A stretch of 64,000 nt of DNA, from positions 3,249-67,248 of the forward strand of contig JAZULS010000046.1 in the NCBI GenBank assembly GCA_045603205.1, read 5' to 3'. The notes beneath the pieces were generated by a model that was not told the origin of the DNA, ran no database searches, and worked only from the letters and a program-made list of their open reading frames with translations. The stretch is from Eubacteriales bacterium (GTDB lineage Bacteria > Bacillota > Clostridia > Oscillospirales > CAG-272). Positions 45,872-54,924 of the stretch are shown piece by piece (the first letter of the stretch is position 1; every line of letters begins with the position of its first letter). The position numbers and the translations under genes are program-made.

Positions 45872-48277
45872 TTATTCTTCTACGCCTACGTTCTTTAATG
45901 CCGCAAGCTGGAGAGAATATAGCTTAAAATATTCGCCTTTGGCTCGGATGAGTTCTTCGTGAGTGCCTCTTTCACAGATTTCTCCGTCCTTCAGCACTAT
46001 TAACCTGTCTGCTATTCGCAAGGTAGAGAGTCGGTGGGCGATCATGATGGTAGTCTTGCCCTTGATCAGAATTTCAAGTGCATTTTGAATTTTTCGCTCG
46101 GTCTGAGTATCCATTGCAGCCGTTGCCTCATCAAGGATAAGGATGGACGGATCCTGCAGAATAGCCCGTGCAATAGATAGTCGCTGTCTTTCTCCGCCGG
46201 AAAGCTCTCTCATACCGAATCCAATACGGGTCTGATATCCGTCGGGAAGCTTTACGATGAAATCATGTGCGCCTGAAATTTTGGAAGCCTTGATAACCTC
46301 CTCAGCGGTAGCATCGGGCCTTGCATATCGGATGTTGTCAAGAATCGTTCCTACGAACAGATAAGTTTCCTGAGAAACGATAGCTATGTTTCGTCTGAGG
46401 GATGGGATCTCGATCTCACGTATGGAATGACCGTCTATTCTGATGTCTCCGGAATCTACGTCGTACATTCTGAGAAGCAGATTGGCAAGGGTAGATTTTC
46501 CGGCTCCGGTATGGCCGACAACACCGAGGATCGTGCCGCCTGCTATGTCAAAATCAATATCCCGTAACACAAGTCTGGATTTGTCATAACCGAAATTAAC
46601 GTCTTTGAAGGAGATGTCTCCATCGAAACGTTCCTTATGAATCGGATTTTCCGATTCAAAAATCTCCTGTTCGGCGTCCATGACCTCAACAAGGCGGTTC
46701 ATGGCATTAAGTCCCTTGGTTGCATCGTATGACATAGACACGAACTGCTGCATGGGGCTGTAGATCATTCCCGTATAGGCAGTGAAGGTTAGGAGCAAAC
46801 CGTAGTCAAGTTTGTTTTGAATTACCATCCATCCGCCGAACCCGAGTACCAAGGAGTTGCCTAATAACATCAGTATGTTGGCAAGCGGTGAGGTGAAAAT
46901 ATTGAATCTTGACGCTGCCATATCCCCTTCGGCAGCCTTTTTGTTTACTGAAGTAAATCTGACAGAGCCTTCTTCTTCTTTTGCGAAAGCTTTGACGACT
47001 CTCATTCCCGAAAAAGTGTCGCTGACGAAGGCGTTCATTCTTCTGCGTCCCGCATAACTCTTTTCGTGGTACTTGTTCATTTTAGTGAACAGGAACCTTC
47101 CTACGAAGAAGATAAAAGGGATGGTGACCAGATACATCAGAGTTAGGACTGGCTGTATGAGGAACATAATTATAACGATACAAATTATCTGTACTATGTT
47201 AATCAGGAAGTAGGGAATACCGTTTGAGAAAAACCAATGTATGGTTCCGGCATCCTGATTAACCTGCGTCATTAAAGCTCCCGTCTGTTTGTCGGTGAAA
47301 TATCTCAGCGACAGACGCTCGATAGAAGCAAAAATAACGTTTTTCAAATCATACTGCAACTTAGATGCTATTCTTGAGCTGACGATATGATTGACTATTG
47401 AAACGAGGGTGGAAAGAAGGCGGGTGCCGATGATAAGTGATAAAACGAGTATTAGCTGTCCGTAGAATTTGCCGGCTTCATTCAGAACCTCGTCATAGAA
47501 GAATCCTGAGCTTATGTATGGGGTCAGAATTCCGAGAGCTGATGTGGACAGTAGTATAAGAATAGATAGGATGACTTCTTTTTTATACTTAACAACAAAA
47601 CTGAGGATGCGTTTTATTATTTTTCCCTTGTCCATGCAGTTTGTGCAAATCCGTCTTGCAGGATCCGAATATTTTTTGTTGCACTTAGGGCAGTAAAGGG
47701 GACCCTTAGGGCTCATTTTACCGTCTTCTCCGACTTTTCCGTGAAGGTGAGGCGGCATGCTACCGTGGAAACCGTGAGGCGGATGCGTCATGGCAGATTC
47801 TTTTGTTGCCTCATCTTTTGCTTCGAGATTCATTTCGTGGGACAGCCGTGAAAGCTCGGATTTCGTAGAGTTTGTAGCCATAACGAGAAGCTTGTCTTCA
47901 CCTGTGGAAGTGGAACCTACGATAGCCGCGCTGTAGTTGAATTCTTCATAAGAAAATTTGCTGAAATCAGACAAAGAATATTCCTGAAAATCACTTTCTT
48001 TAAAGGTTTCAACTGCTTTTTGACGCCTGAAAAGCGTTTTCTTTTCTGAAGTAATGCCCAATGCACCCGTTATAACGTAAAGGGTAGATTTCGTGAGTAC
48101 ACAAACCGTGTCGCATCGCATATTCTCAACGCTTAGATCAGTCAGTCCGTGAGCTATGACCTCGTCGGCATTGATTTCGTGAGAATTGAGAATATCACGA
48201 AGGTAAGGCGGCATAGGTGTCGCCTCTTTTATTGGAGGATGAGGAAAACTTTCCTCGTGTTTGATGCCTTTTTCCAT
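45872..48277 (-). CDS. ABC exporter half-transporter (TMD+NBD) with a ~225-aa N-terminal cytoplasmic module, His/Met/Pro motifs and a zinc ribbon
   Basis: The ORF track gives 45872..48322. ATG 48277 lies downstream of AAGGAGG and of the predicted -10 box, so I prefer it (801 aa). The ribbon is CPKC-x11-CTNC at residues 196-214. The NBD has GHTGAGKST, LSGGERQR, ILILDEATAAMD and IAHRLST. Confidence 0.85.
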   Translation of the reverse strand: MEKGIKHEESFPHPPIKEATPMPPYLRDILNSHEINADEVIAHGLTDLSVENMRCDTVCVLTKSTLYVITGALGITSEKKTLFRRQKAVETFKESDFQEYSLSDFSKFSYEEFNYSAAIVGSTSTGEDKLLVMATNSTKSELSRLSHEMNLEAKDEATKESAMTHPPHGFHGSMPPHLHGKVGEDGKMSPKGPLYCPKCNKKYSDPARRICTNCMDKGKIIKRILSFVVKYKKEVILSILILLSTSALGILTPYISSGFFYDEVLNEAGKFYGQLILVLSLIIGTRLLSTLVSIVNHIVSSRIASKLQYDLKNVIFASIERLSLRYFTDKQTGALMTQVNQDAGTIHWFFSNGIPYFLINIVQIICIVIIMFLIQPVLTLMYLVTIPFIFFVGRFLFTKMNKYHEKSYAGRRRMNAFVSDTFSGMRVVKAFAKEEEGSVRFTSVNKKAAEGDMAASRFNIFTSPLANILMLLGNSLVLGFGGWMVIQNKLDYGLLLTFTAYTGMIYSPMQQFVSMSYDATKGLNAMNRLVEVMDAEQEIFESENPIHKERFDGDISFKDVNFGYDKSRLVLRDIDFDIAGGTILGVVGHTGAGKSTLANLLLRMYDVDSGDIRIDGHSIREIEIPSLRRNIAIVSQETYLFVGTILDNIRYARPDATAEEVIKASKISGAHDFIVKLPDGYQTRIGFGMRELSGGERQRLSIARAILQDPSILILDEATAAMDTQTERKIQNALEILIKGKTTIMIAHRLSTLRIADRLIVLKDGEICERGTHEELIRAKGEYFKLYSLQLAALKNVGVEE

Positions 48278-48326
48278 TATTAAGTCTTTCCTCCTTGAAA
48301 AATTTATCGCAAAAATATACATTATA

Positions 48327-48355
48327 ATTTTAACATTATCTATATCTTAAATCAA
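48327..48355 (-). promoter_or_regulatory. Sigma-A type promoter of the ABC operon (TTGATT-17-TAAAAT on the minus strand)
   Basis: On the plus strand, AATCAA lies at 48350-48355 and ATTTTA at 48327-48332, with a 17-nt spacer. The 8-bp inverted repeat at 48341-48361 overlaps the -35 box. Confidence 0.55.
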
Positions 48356-48497
48356 GATATAAACTTGAATTTTTAATAATTGGAGTGTATGGAGCGGACT
48401 TGTTCATCTTCCCTTGAATAAGTTGATTCAAGAGACAATATAATTACCATAGAGCCACCGTGAAATCGAAATAAATACATAACGGAGATTTGATAAA

Positions 48498-49682
48498 ATG
48501 AAGAAAGCTTTAATATTTCTGTTGATTACGACCATCTTGACTTTATATTTGACCGTGTCTGTCAGTGCAGATATGGCAACTTCGGTTCAGACAAGCGGGG
48601 AAGTGTCAGAACCTGTAAACGCTGAGCTTAGCATAACGGCAAAAAGCGCTATACTTATGGACTACAACACGGGAACAGTACTTTTTGAGAAAAACTCCAC
48701 GGAATCTCTGCCCCCTGCGTCAGTCACAAAGGTTATGACTCTTCTTCTTGTAATGGAAGCAATAGAGAAGGGGCAAATACACCTTGAAGATGATATTACC
48801 GTCAGCGAGTATGCCGCAGGAATGGGAGGCTCTCAGATATTTCTTGAAGCGGGAGAACAAATGAAAGCTGAGGATATGATAAAAAGTATCGTTATCGCCT
48901 CGGCAAACGACGCGGCTGTCGCTATGGCTGAGGCAGTAGCGGGGAGTGAAGCATCTTTTGTTGCCTTGATGAATGAGAGAGCAAAAAGCCTTGGTATGGA
49001 TAGCACCAATTTTGAAAACGTAACCGGGCTTGACGACGATACAGTAAACCACGTGACCAGTGCCCTGGATATTGCGCTTATGTCGAGAGAGCTGATGAGG
49101 CATGAGAAAATATTCGAGTTCTCCACCAAGTGGATGGAGTCCGTCAGAAACGGGGAATTCGGACTTACTAACACAAACCGTCTTATAAGATTCTATAACG
49201 GTGCCACGGGGCTGAAAACAGGCTCCACGGCCAAGGCGAAATTCTGTATCAGCGCAACGGCAGAGCGAGAGGGACTTCACCTTATAGCGGTCATCATGGG
49301 AGCAGAGAACAGAGATATAAGGAACGCCGAAGCCGCCGCACTTCTCGACTATGGTTTTGCTAAATATTCTGTTTATTCTGCCGAAGGAGGGACTTGCGGT
49401 ACCACCTATGTCAAATCCGGAACTGTTAATTCAGTCGAAGGATATACGGATCCATTTCAGATTTTACTTGGTCGGGGAGAAGCTCCAAAGGTCACAACCG
49501 AGGTGACATTTGACCCCGAGATCAAGGCGCCGATTGCCGAAGGACAGCGCATCGGGATCTGCCGTTATCTGCTTGACGGGGAGTGCATTGGCGAGAGTGA
49601 GATCAAGGCATGCTTGGAAGTTCCGAAAATCGGTTTTTTTGAACTGTTTTCCCGAATTTTAGCATCTTATTTATTAAAATAA
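48498..49682 (+). CDS. D-alanyl-D-alanine carboxypeptidase (PBP5/DacB/DacF type)
   Basis: 394 aa with a signal peptide, SVTKVMT (SxxK), SANDAA (SxN), KTGST (KTG), and a C-terminal PBP5 domain. Confidence 0.9.
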   Translation: MKKALIFLLITTILTLYLTVSVSADMATSVQTSGEVSEPVNAELSITAKSAILMDYNTGTVLFEKNSTESLPPASVTKVMTLLLVMEAIEKGQIHLEDDITVSEYAAGMGGSQIFLEAGEQMKAEDMIKSIVIASANDAAVAMAEAVAGSEASFVALMNERAKSLGMDSTNFENVTGLDDDTVNHVTSALDIALMSRELMRHEKIFEFSTKWMESVRNGEFGLTNTNRLIRFYNGATGLKTGSTAKAKFCISATAEREGLHLIAVIMGAENRDIRNAEAAALLDYGFAKYSVYSAEGGTCGTTYVKSGTVNSVEGYTDPFQILLGRGEAPKVTTEVTFDPEIKAPIAEGQRIGICRYLLDGECIGESEIKACLEVPKIGFFELFSRILASYLLK

Positions 49683-49839
49683 GATAAAAATAATCAAATT
49701 CCTATTGAAAATTAATACGAAATGTTGTATTATATAATATATAACATATAGGAAGACCGGAGTTGTGGCGCACCGCAAATTTTAGCTCCGGAGACTATCG
49801 GGCGGCAGCAACCTTTAGTCATGGAAAGCAAAGGAAACA

Positions 49840-51189
49840 ATGGCATTAAGACTCAACACTAACTATCTTAAAGACTTTATCTCTCTTGAAGAGGGTAGCA
49901 GTGAGCTTGAAAAGATCTCTCACATCGCTTCTTCTTCTCTGGAACTCGTACGTACAAAGAGTGGCGCAGGCAACGCGTTCCTCGGATGGCACGATCTCCC
50001 CGTAGACTACGACAAGGAAGAGTTTGCAAGAATTCTTGACGCATCCGAGCGTATCAAGAAGTCCTGCGATGTTTTCGTAGTTATCGGTATCGGCGGCTCC
50101 TACCTCGGTGCAAGAGCAGCGATCGAGTTCGTAAAGTCTCCTTACTATAATAATCTCAAAAAGGATACTCCCGACGTATACTTTGCAGGTAACAGCATCA
50201 GTTCCTCAGCTCTTGCTGACCTTATGAGTATCTGTGAGGGACGTGACGTTTGTGTAAACGTTATCTCTAAGTCCGGCACAACAACGGAGCCTGCAGTAAC
50301 CTTCAGAATCTTCAGAAAAATGCTCGAGGATAAGTACGGTGTTGAGGGCGCAAGAGAAAGAATCTTCGTTACAACTGACCGACAGCGCGGTAAGCTCAAG
50401 GAATTCTCCACCGATAGAGGATATGAAACATTCGTAGTTCCGGATGATATCGGCGGACGTTTCTCCGTTCTTACAGCAGTAGGTCTTCTCCCCATCGCAG
50501 TTGCGGGAATCGATGTTTGCGAAATGATGAAGGGCGCTGCTGACGCAAGAGAAGAGTACCTCTCTGATGACGTCAACGCTAACAACGCAGTAGTTTACGC
50601 AGCACTTCGTAACGTAATGTACAATAAGGGAAAGTCCATGGAGATCCTCGTTTCCTACGAGCCCGCTCTTCAGATGTTCTGTGAGTGGTGGAAGCAGCTC
50701 TACGGTGAGTCTGAGGGTAAGGATAACAAGGGTCTGTTCCCCGCAAGCGTTATCTGCTCTACCGATCTTCACTCTCTCGGTCAGTACATACAGGAAGGTC
50801 AGAGATCCATGTTTGAAACTGTCATCAGCTTTGACAATTCAAACGATACCGTTGTGATCCCCGATGACCCCAACAACATCGACGGACTCAACTTCCTCTC
50901 CGGACGCGATCTCCACTTCGTAAACTCCATGGCTATGAAGGGTACGCTTCTTGCACATAACGACGGCGGTGTTCCGAACATCGTTATCGAGCTCACTGAC
51001 AGAAGCGCGCACACATTCGGTCAGCTCGTATACTTCTTCGAGCTTGCTTGTGCAGTTTCCGGCTACATGCTCGGCGTAAATCCCTTCGACCAGCCCGGTG
51101 TTGAGGCTTACAAGAAGAATATGTACGCTCTTCTCGGCAAGCCCGGCTATGAAAAAGAAAAAGAGGCTCTTGAAGCCAGAATTAAATAA
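49840..51189 (+). CDS. pgi: Glucose-6-phosphate isomerase
   Basis: 449 aa, the Firmicute-type PGI ([44 protein letters not shown]). Confidence 0.95.
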   Translation: MALRLNTNYLKDFISLEEGSSELEKISHIASSSLELVRTKSGAGNAFLGWHDLPVDYDKEEFARILDASERIKKSCDVFVVIGIGGSYLGARAAIEFVKSPYYNNLKKDTPDVYFAGNSISSSALADLMSICEGRDVCVNVISKSGTTTEPAVTFRIFRKMLEDKYGVEGARERIFVTTDRQRGKLKEFSTDRGYETFVVPDDIGGRFSVLTAVGLLPIAVAGIDVCEMMKGAADAREEYLSDDVNANNAVVYAALRNVMYNKGKSMEILVSYEPALQMFCEWWKQLYGESEGKDNKGLFPASVICSTDLHSLGQYIQEGQRSMFETVISFDNSNDTVVIPDDPNNIDGLNFLSGRDLHFVNSMAMKGTLLAHNDGGVPNIVIELTDRSAHTFGQLVYFFELACAVSGYMLGVNPFDQPGVEAYKKNMYALLGKPGYEKEKEALEARIK

Positions 51190-51208
51190 AACACAGGAGG
51201 ACTCCACT

Positions 51209-51619
51209 ATGTTAAAACTCATTATCGGCGCAAAAGGTACCGGAAAGACCAAGACCTTGATCGAACTCGTTAACGGTGCTCTCAATGATACAAACGGTGC
51301 TGTTGTTTGTATTGAAAAGGGTGACAAGCTTAAGTTCGACATTAGCTACCGTTGCCGTCTTATAGATACAGATGAGTACAAGGTAACTAATAATGCAGAG
51401 GCTCTTTACGGCTTCGTAGCAGGTATCCTTGCAAGTAACCATGACGTTTCCGATCTCTTTATCGACTCTGCTCTTAAGATCTGCGGAAACGACCAGGCTA
51501 CATTCGATGCATTCCTCGCAAAGGTAGACGCTCTCGTTACTAAGGAAAATGTTAAGTGCGTAATGACCTCTTCTCTCCCTGTTGAAGAAGCAACAGAAGC
51601 TGAGAAGAAGTACCTCTGA
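51209..51619 (+). CDS. Small uncharacterised P-loop protein
   Basis: The ORF track gives 51098. ATG 51209 follows AGGAGGA, 19 nt after the pgi stop. 136 aa, with Walker A GAKGTGKT and a possible Walker B LFIDSA. Confidence 0.5.
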   Translation: MLKLIIGAKGTGKTKTLIELVNGALNDTNGAVVCIEKGDKLKFDISYRCRLIDTDEYKVTNNAEALYGFVAGILASNHDVSDLFIDSALKICGNDQATFDAFLAKVDALVTKENVKCVMTSSLPVEEATEAEKKYL

Positions 51620-51641
51620 TTTCTAAGGAACACAGACAAAG

Positions 51642-51686
51642 AGAAAGCTGTATTGACTCCGAACGTCGATACAGCTTTCTTATTTC
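51642..51686 (+). terminator. Rho-independent terminator
   Basis: Hairpin AGAAAGCTGTAT...ATACAGCTTTCT followed by TATTT. Confidence 0.7.
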
Positions 51687-51699
51687 GCAAAAATTTAGT

Positions 51700-51740
51700 T
51701 GTGACAAAAAATCCCGTGAGAAGAAAAACTCACGGGATTT
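51700..51740 (-). terminator. Terminator of ileS
   Basis: Hairpin AAATCCCGTGAG-(8 nt)-CTCACGGGATTT followed on the minus strand by TTTTTTG. Confidence 0.85.
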
Positions 51741-51756
51741 TGTACGTTTTAATACT

Positions 51757-54700
51757 TTACGCTCTTTCGAGGTAGATTTTGATGGACTCGCCGTTGATGT
51801 CCCAATCCTTGGCACCTTCGGGAAGTTCACTTGTTACAGTGTACTCAACACCGAGAACCGCAGGAAGGATCTTGTCAGCGTGAAGCTCGAAGATCTCACG
51901 TACTCTGTTGCTGGGATCAACAAAGATCTTGATCTTGTCGGTCACAACGAAGTCAGAGTCCTTACGCATGGTCTGGATCTTGGATATAATCTCACGAACA
52001 AAGCCTTCGTCGATAAGCTCAGGAGTGAGAGTGATGTCGAGAGCAACTGTGGTATCGCCTTCAGCAACGCAGTAGTAGCCTTCCTTCTGAGTTACGTCAA
52101 TGAGGAGATCCTCGGGAGTAAGCTCTACGATGTTTCCGTCAAAGTCGAAGGTGATCTTTCCGTTAGCATCAAGCTCGCGCTTAGCAGCGTTTCCGTCAAG
52201 ATTTTCGGGAGCGAGAGCTGCTCTGATTTTACCGAGGAACTTGCCGTACTTGGGACCTACAGTTCTGAGCTGAGGCTTGAAATTGTAGGTAGAGAACTCA
52301 GAAGCGTCGGTTACAAACGCAACAGACTTAAGGTTAAGCTCGTCTCTGATGATGTCGGTGAAGAACTCATCAAGAGAATCACTGCTTCTAACGTACATAG
52401 CCGCAAGAGGCTGACGGTTCTTGACGTTTGCACCGTTTCTTGCACTTCTGCCCATTACAACAACGTCAACGACAGTCTTCATGTTGCGCTCGAGGTCAAC
52501 GTCGATCTTAGCTTCATCGCACTCGGGGAAGGAGCAAAGGTGGATGGACTCGGGAGCATTTTCGTCAACTGTGCAAACGAGGTTCTGATAAATATCCTCT
52601 GTCATGAAGGGAATCATGGGAGCGGACGCCTTTGCGATGGTTACAAGACAGGTGTAGAGAGTCATGTAAGCTGCAGCCTTGTCCTCAGGCATACCCTGTA
52701 CCCAGAAACGCTCACGGCAACGGCGAACGTACCAGTTGGAAAGCTCGTCAACGAACTCGTAAAGAGCCTTTGCAGTCTCGGGGATCTTGTATTCAGCGAG
52801 ATACTTGTCAGCCATCTTAACGGTGGTGTTAAGACGGGAGATAATGTACTTGTCCATTACAGACAGAGGCAGAGAGTCAAGGTCGTACTTGGTAGGATCG
52901 AAGGAGTCGATCTCAGCGTAGAGTACCCAGAACGCATAGGTGTTCCAAAGAGTGCCCATGAACTTTCTCTGACCCTCGGTTACAGTCTTGCCGCTGAACT
53001 TGGAGGGAAGCCACGGAGCAGAGTTGGTGTAGAAGTACCATCTGATAGCGTCAGCACCGTAGGTCTGGAGCGCATCGAAGGGGTCAACAGCGTTGCCCTT
53101 GGACTTGGACATCTTCTGACCGTGCTCGTCCTGAACGTGACCGAGAACGATTACGTTCTTGTAGGGGGCCTTGTTGAACAGAAGTGTGGAGATCGCCATA
53201 AGTGAGTAGAACCAACCTCTTGTCTGGTCAACAGCCTCGGAAATGAAGTCAGCAGGGAACTGAGCCTCAAAGAGATCCTTGTTCTCGAAGGGATAGTGGT
53301 GCTGAGCAAAGGGCATGGAGCCGGAGTCGAACCAACAGTCGATAACCTCGGGAACGCGGTGCATTTCGCCGCCACACTCGGGACACTTAATGGTGACCTC
53401 ATCAATGTAAGGACGGTGAAGCTCAATATTCTCAGGGCAGTTGTCGCTCATACTCTTCAGCTCTTCGATACTGCCGATGCTGTGTCTGTGACCGCAGGAG
53501 CATTCCCAGATGTTAAGAGGAGTACCCCAGTATCTGTTACGGGAGATAGCCCAGTCCTGAACGTTTTCAAGCCAGTCGCCGAATCTGCCCTTACCGATGG
53601 ATTCGGGGATCCAGTTTACAGTGTTGTTGTTGCGTACAAGATCGTCCTTAACGTCGGTCATCTTGATGTACCAGGACTCACGAGCGTAGTAGATCAGAGG
53701 AGTGTCACATCTCCAACAGTGAGGATATGAGTGTTCAAATGCAGGAGCGGAGAAGAGAAGTCCTCTTTCTCTAAGATTTTTGAGAACTTCAGGGTCAGCG
53801 TCCTTGCAGAAGGTACCAGCCCAAAGAGTTTCCTTAGTCATCTCACCTTTGGAGTCAACCAGCTGAACGAAGGGAAGACCGTAAGCTCTGCCTACCTTAG
53901 AGTCATCATCACCGAAGGCGGGAGCGATGTGAACTACGCCTGTACCGTCGGTAAGAGTAACGTAGTTGTCACAAGTAACGAACCAACACTTTTCCTTGGG
54001 GGAAACAAAGTCGAAGAGAGGCTCGTATTCCATGTACTCGAGATCGCGACCAACGTAGGTCTCGAGAACGGTGTAGTCCTCACCAAGGTGCTTAGGAGCA
54101 AGAGCCTCAGCAAGAATGTAAGTTTCCTCACCTGCCTTGACCTTAACGTAGGTTTCGGAGGGGTTTACGCAAAGTGCAACGTTGGAGGGAAGAGTCCAGG
54201 GGGTGGTGGTCCATGCGAGAATGTACGCATCCTGACCCTTTACCTTAAACTTAGCGATAGCGGAGCGTTCCTTAACGTCCTTATATCCCTGAGCAACCTC
54301 TTGGGCGGAAAGGGGAGTTCCACATCTGGGGCAGTAGGGAACGATCTTGAAGCCCTTGTAAAGAAGACCCTTATCGTAGATCTGCTTGAGAGCCCACCAT
54401 TCACTTTCGATGAAGTTGTTGTCGTAGGTTACGTATGGGTTTTCCATATCAGCCCAGAAGCCGACAGTTTCAGAGAAGTCCTCCCACATACCCTTGTACT
54501 TCCAAACGGATTCCTTACACTTGTCGATAAAAGGCGCAAGTCCGTATTCCTCGATCTGCTCCTTGCCGTCAAGGCCGAGAAGCTTTTCAACCTCGATCTC
54601 TACGGGAAGACCGTGAGTGTCCCAGCCTGCTTTTCTCGGCACGTTAGCACCCTTCATCGTGTGATAACGGGGGATCATATCCTTGATAACGCGGGTCAGA

Positions 54701-54876
54701 ACGTGACCGATGTGAGGCTTGCCGTTCGCGGTCGGAGGACCGTCGTAGAAGGTGTATGCAGGGCGGGTCTCGCCCATATTCATACTCTTTTCGAAGATCT
54801 TGTTCTCATTCCAGAACTTGAGCACTTCGCGTTCTCTGTCCACGAAGTTGAGATTAGTAGAAACCTTTCTGTACAT
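51757..54876 (-). CDS. ileS: Isoleucine--tRNA ligase (type 2)
   Basis: 1039 aa with HIGH motif PTANGKPHIGH, KMSKS motif KMSKSKGN, a CP1 editing domain, and a zinc-binding CxxC pair. It is preceded by a T-box leader. Confidence 0.97.
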   Translation of the reverse strand: MYRKVSTNLNFVDREREVLKFWNENKIFEKSMNMGETRPAYTFYDGPPTANGKPHIGHVLTRVIKDMIPRYHTMKGANVPRKAGWDTHGLPVEIEVEKLLGLDGKEQIEEYGLAPFIDKCKESVWKYKGMWEDFSETVGFWADMENPYVTYDNNFIESEWWALKQIYDKGLLYKGFKIVPYCPRCGTPLSAQEVAQGYKDVKERSAIAKFKVKGQDAYILAWTTTPWTLPSNVALCVNPSETYVKVKAGEETYILAEALAPKHLGEDYTVLETYVGRDLEYMEYEPLFDFVSPKEKCWFVTCDNYVTLTDGTGVVHIAPAFGDDDSKVGRAYGLPFVQLVDSKGEMTKETLWAGTFCKDADPEVLKNLRERGLLFSAPAFEHSYPHCWRCDTPLIYYARESWYIKMTDVKDDLVRNNNTVNWIPESIGKGRFGDWLENVQDWAISRNRYWGTPLNIWECSCGHRHSIGSIEELKSMSDNCPENIELHRPYIDEVTIKCPECGGEMHRVPEVIDCWFDSGSMPFAQHHYPFENKDLFEAQFPADFISEAVDQTRGWFYSLMAISTLLFNKAPYKNVIVLGHVQDEHGQKMSKSKGNAVDPFDALQTYGADAIRWYFYTNSAPWLPSKFSGKTVTEGQRKFMGTLWNTYAFWVLYAEIDSFDPTKYDLDSLPLSVMDKYIISRLNTTVKMADKYLAEYKIPETAKALYEFVDELSNWYVRRCRERFWVQGMPEDKAAAYMTLYTCLVTIAKASAPMIPFMTEDIYQNLVCTVDENAPESIHLCSFPECDEAKIDVDLERNMKTVVDVVVMGRSARNGANVKNRQPLAAMYVRSSDSLDEFFTDIIRDELNLKSVAFVTDASEFSTYNFKPQLRTVGPKYGKFLGKIRAALAPENLDGNAAKRELDANGKITFDFDGNIVELTPEDLLIDVTQKEGYYCVAEGDTTVALDITLTPELIDEGFVREIISKIQTMRKDSDFVVTDKIKIFVDPSNRVREIFELHADKILPAVLGVEYTVTSELPEGAKDWDINGESIKIYLERA

Positions 54877-54924
54877 TTTCTCACCGTTCCTTTTGTATTT
54901 TTAACTTAATTTTTTGTGTGAAAA

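Noticed and set aside
48278-48322. An upstream ATG at 48322 extends the large ABC protein by 15 aa (MYIFAINFSRRKDLI).
   Set aside because: The extension would contain the AAGGAGG Shine-Dalgarno sequence within the coding region and would start upstream of the predicted -10 box (48327-48332). ATG 48277 is preferred.
49757-49791. A hairpin CCGGAG...CTCCGG lies in the ~100-nt pgi leader. I considered it as a riboswitch or small RNA.
   Set aside because: I recognise no conserved riboswitch core sequence, and the stem is short with a poorly paired interior. I could not support it as more than a possible stabilising 5' hairpin.
51880-54909. Three long plus-strand ORFs (441, 144 and 392 aa) cover almost the whole ileS locus on the opposite strand.
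   Set aside because: They mirror an unambiguous 1039-aa IleS. Their translations are low-complexity (Val/Leu/Gly/Ser-rich) with no motifs and no RBS. Long stop-free antisense frames are expected opposite strongly codon-biased genes.
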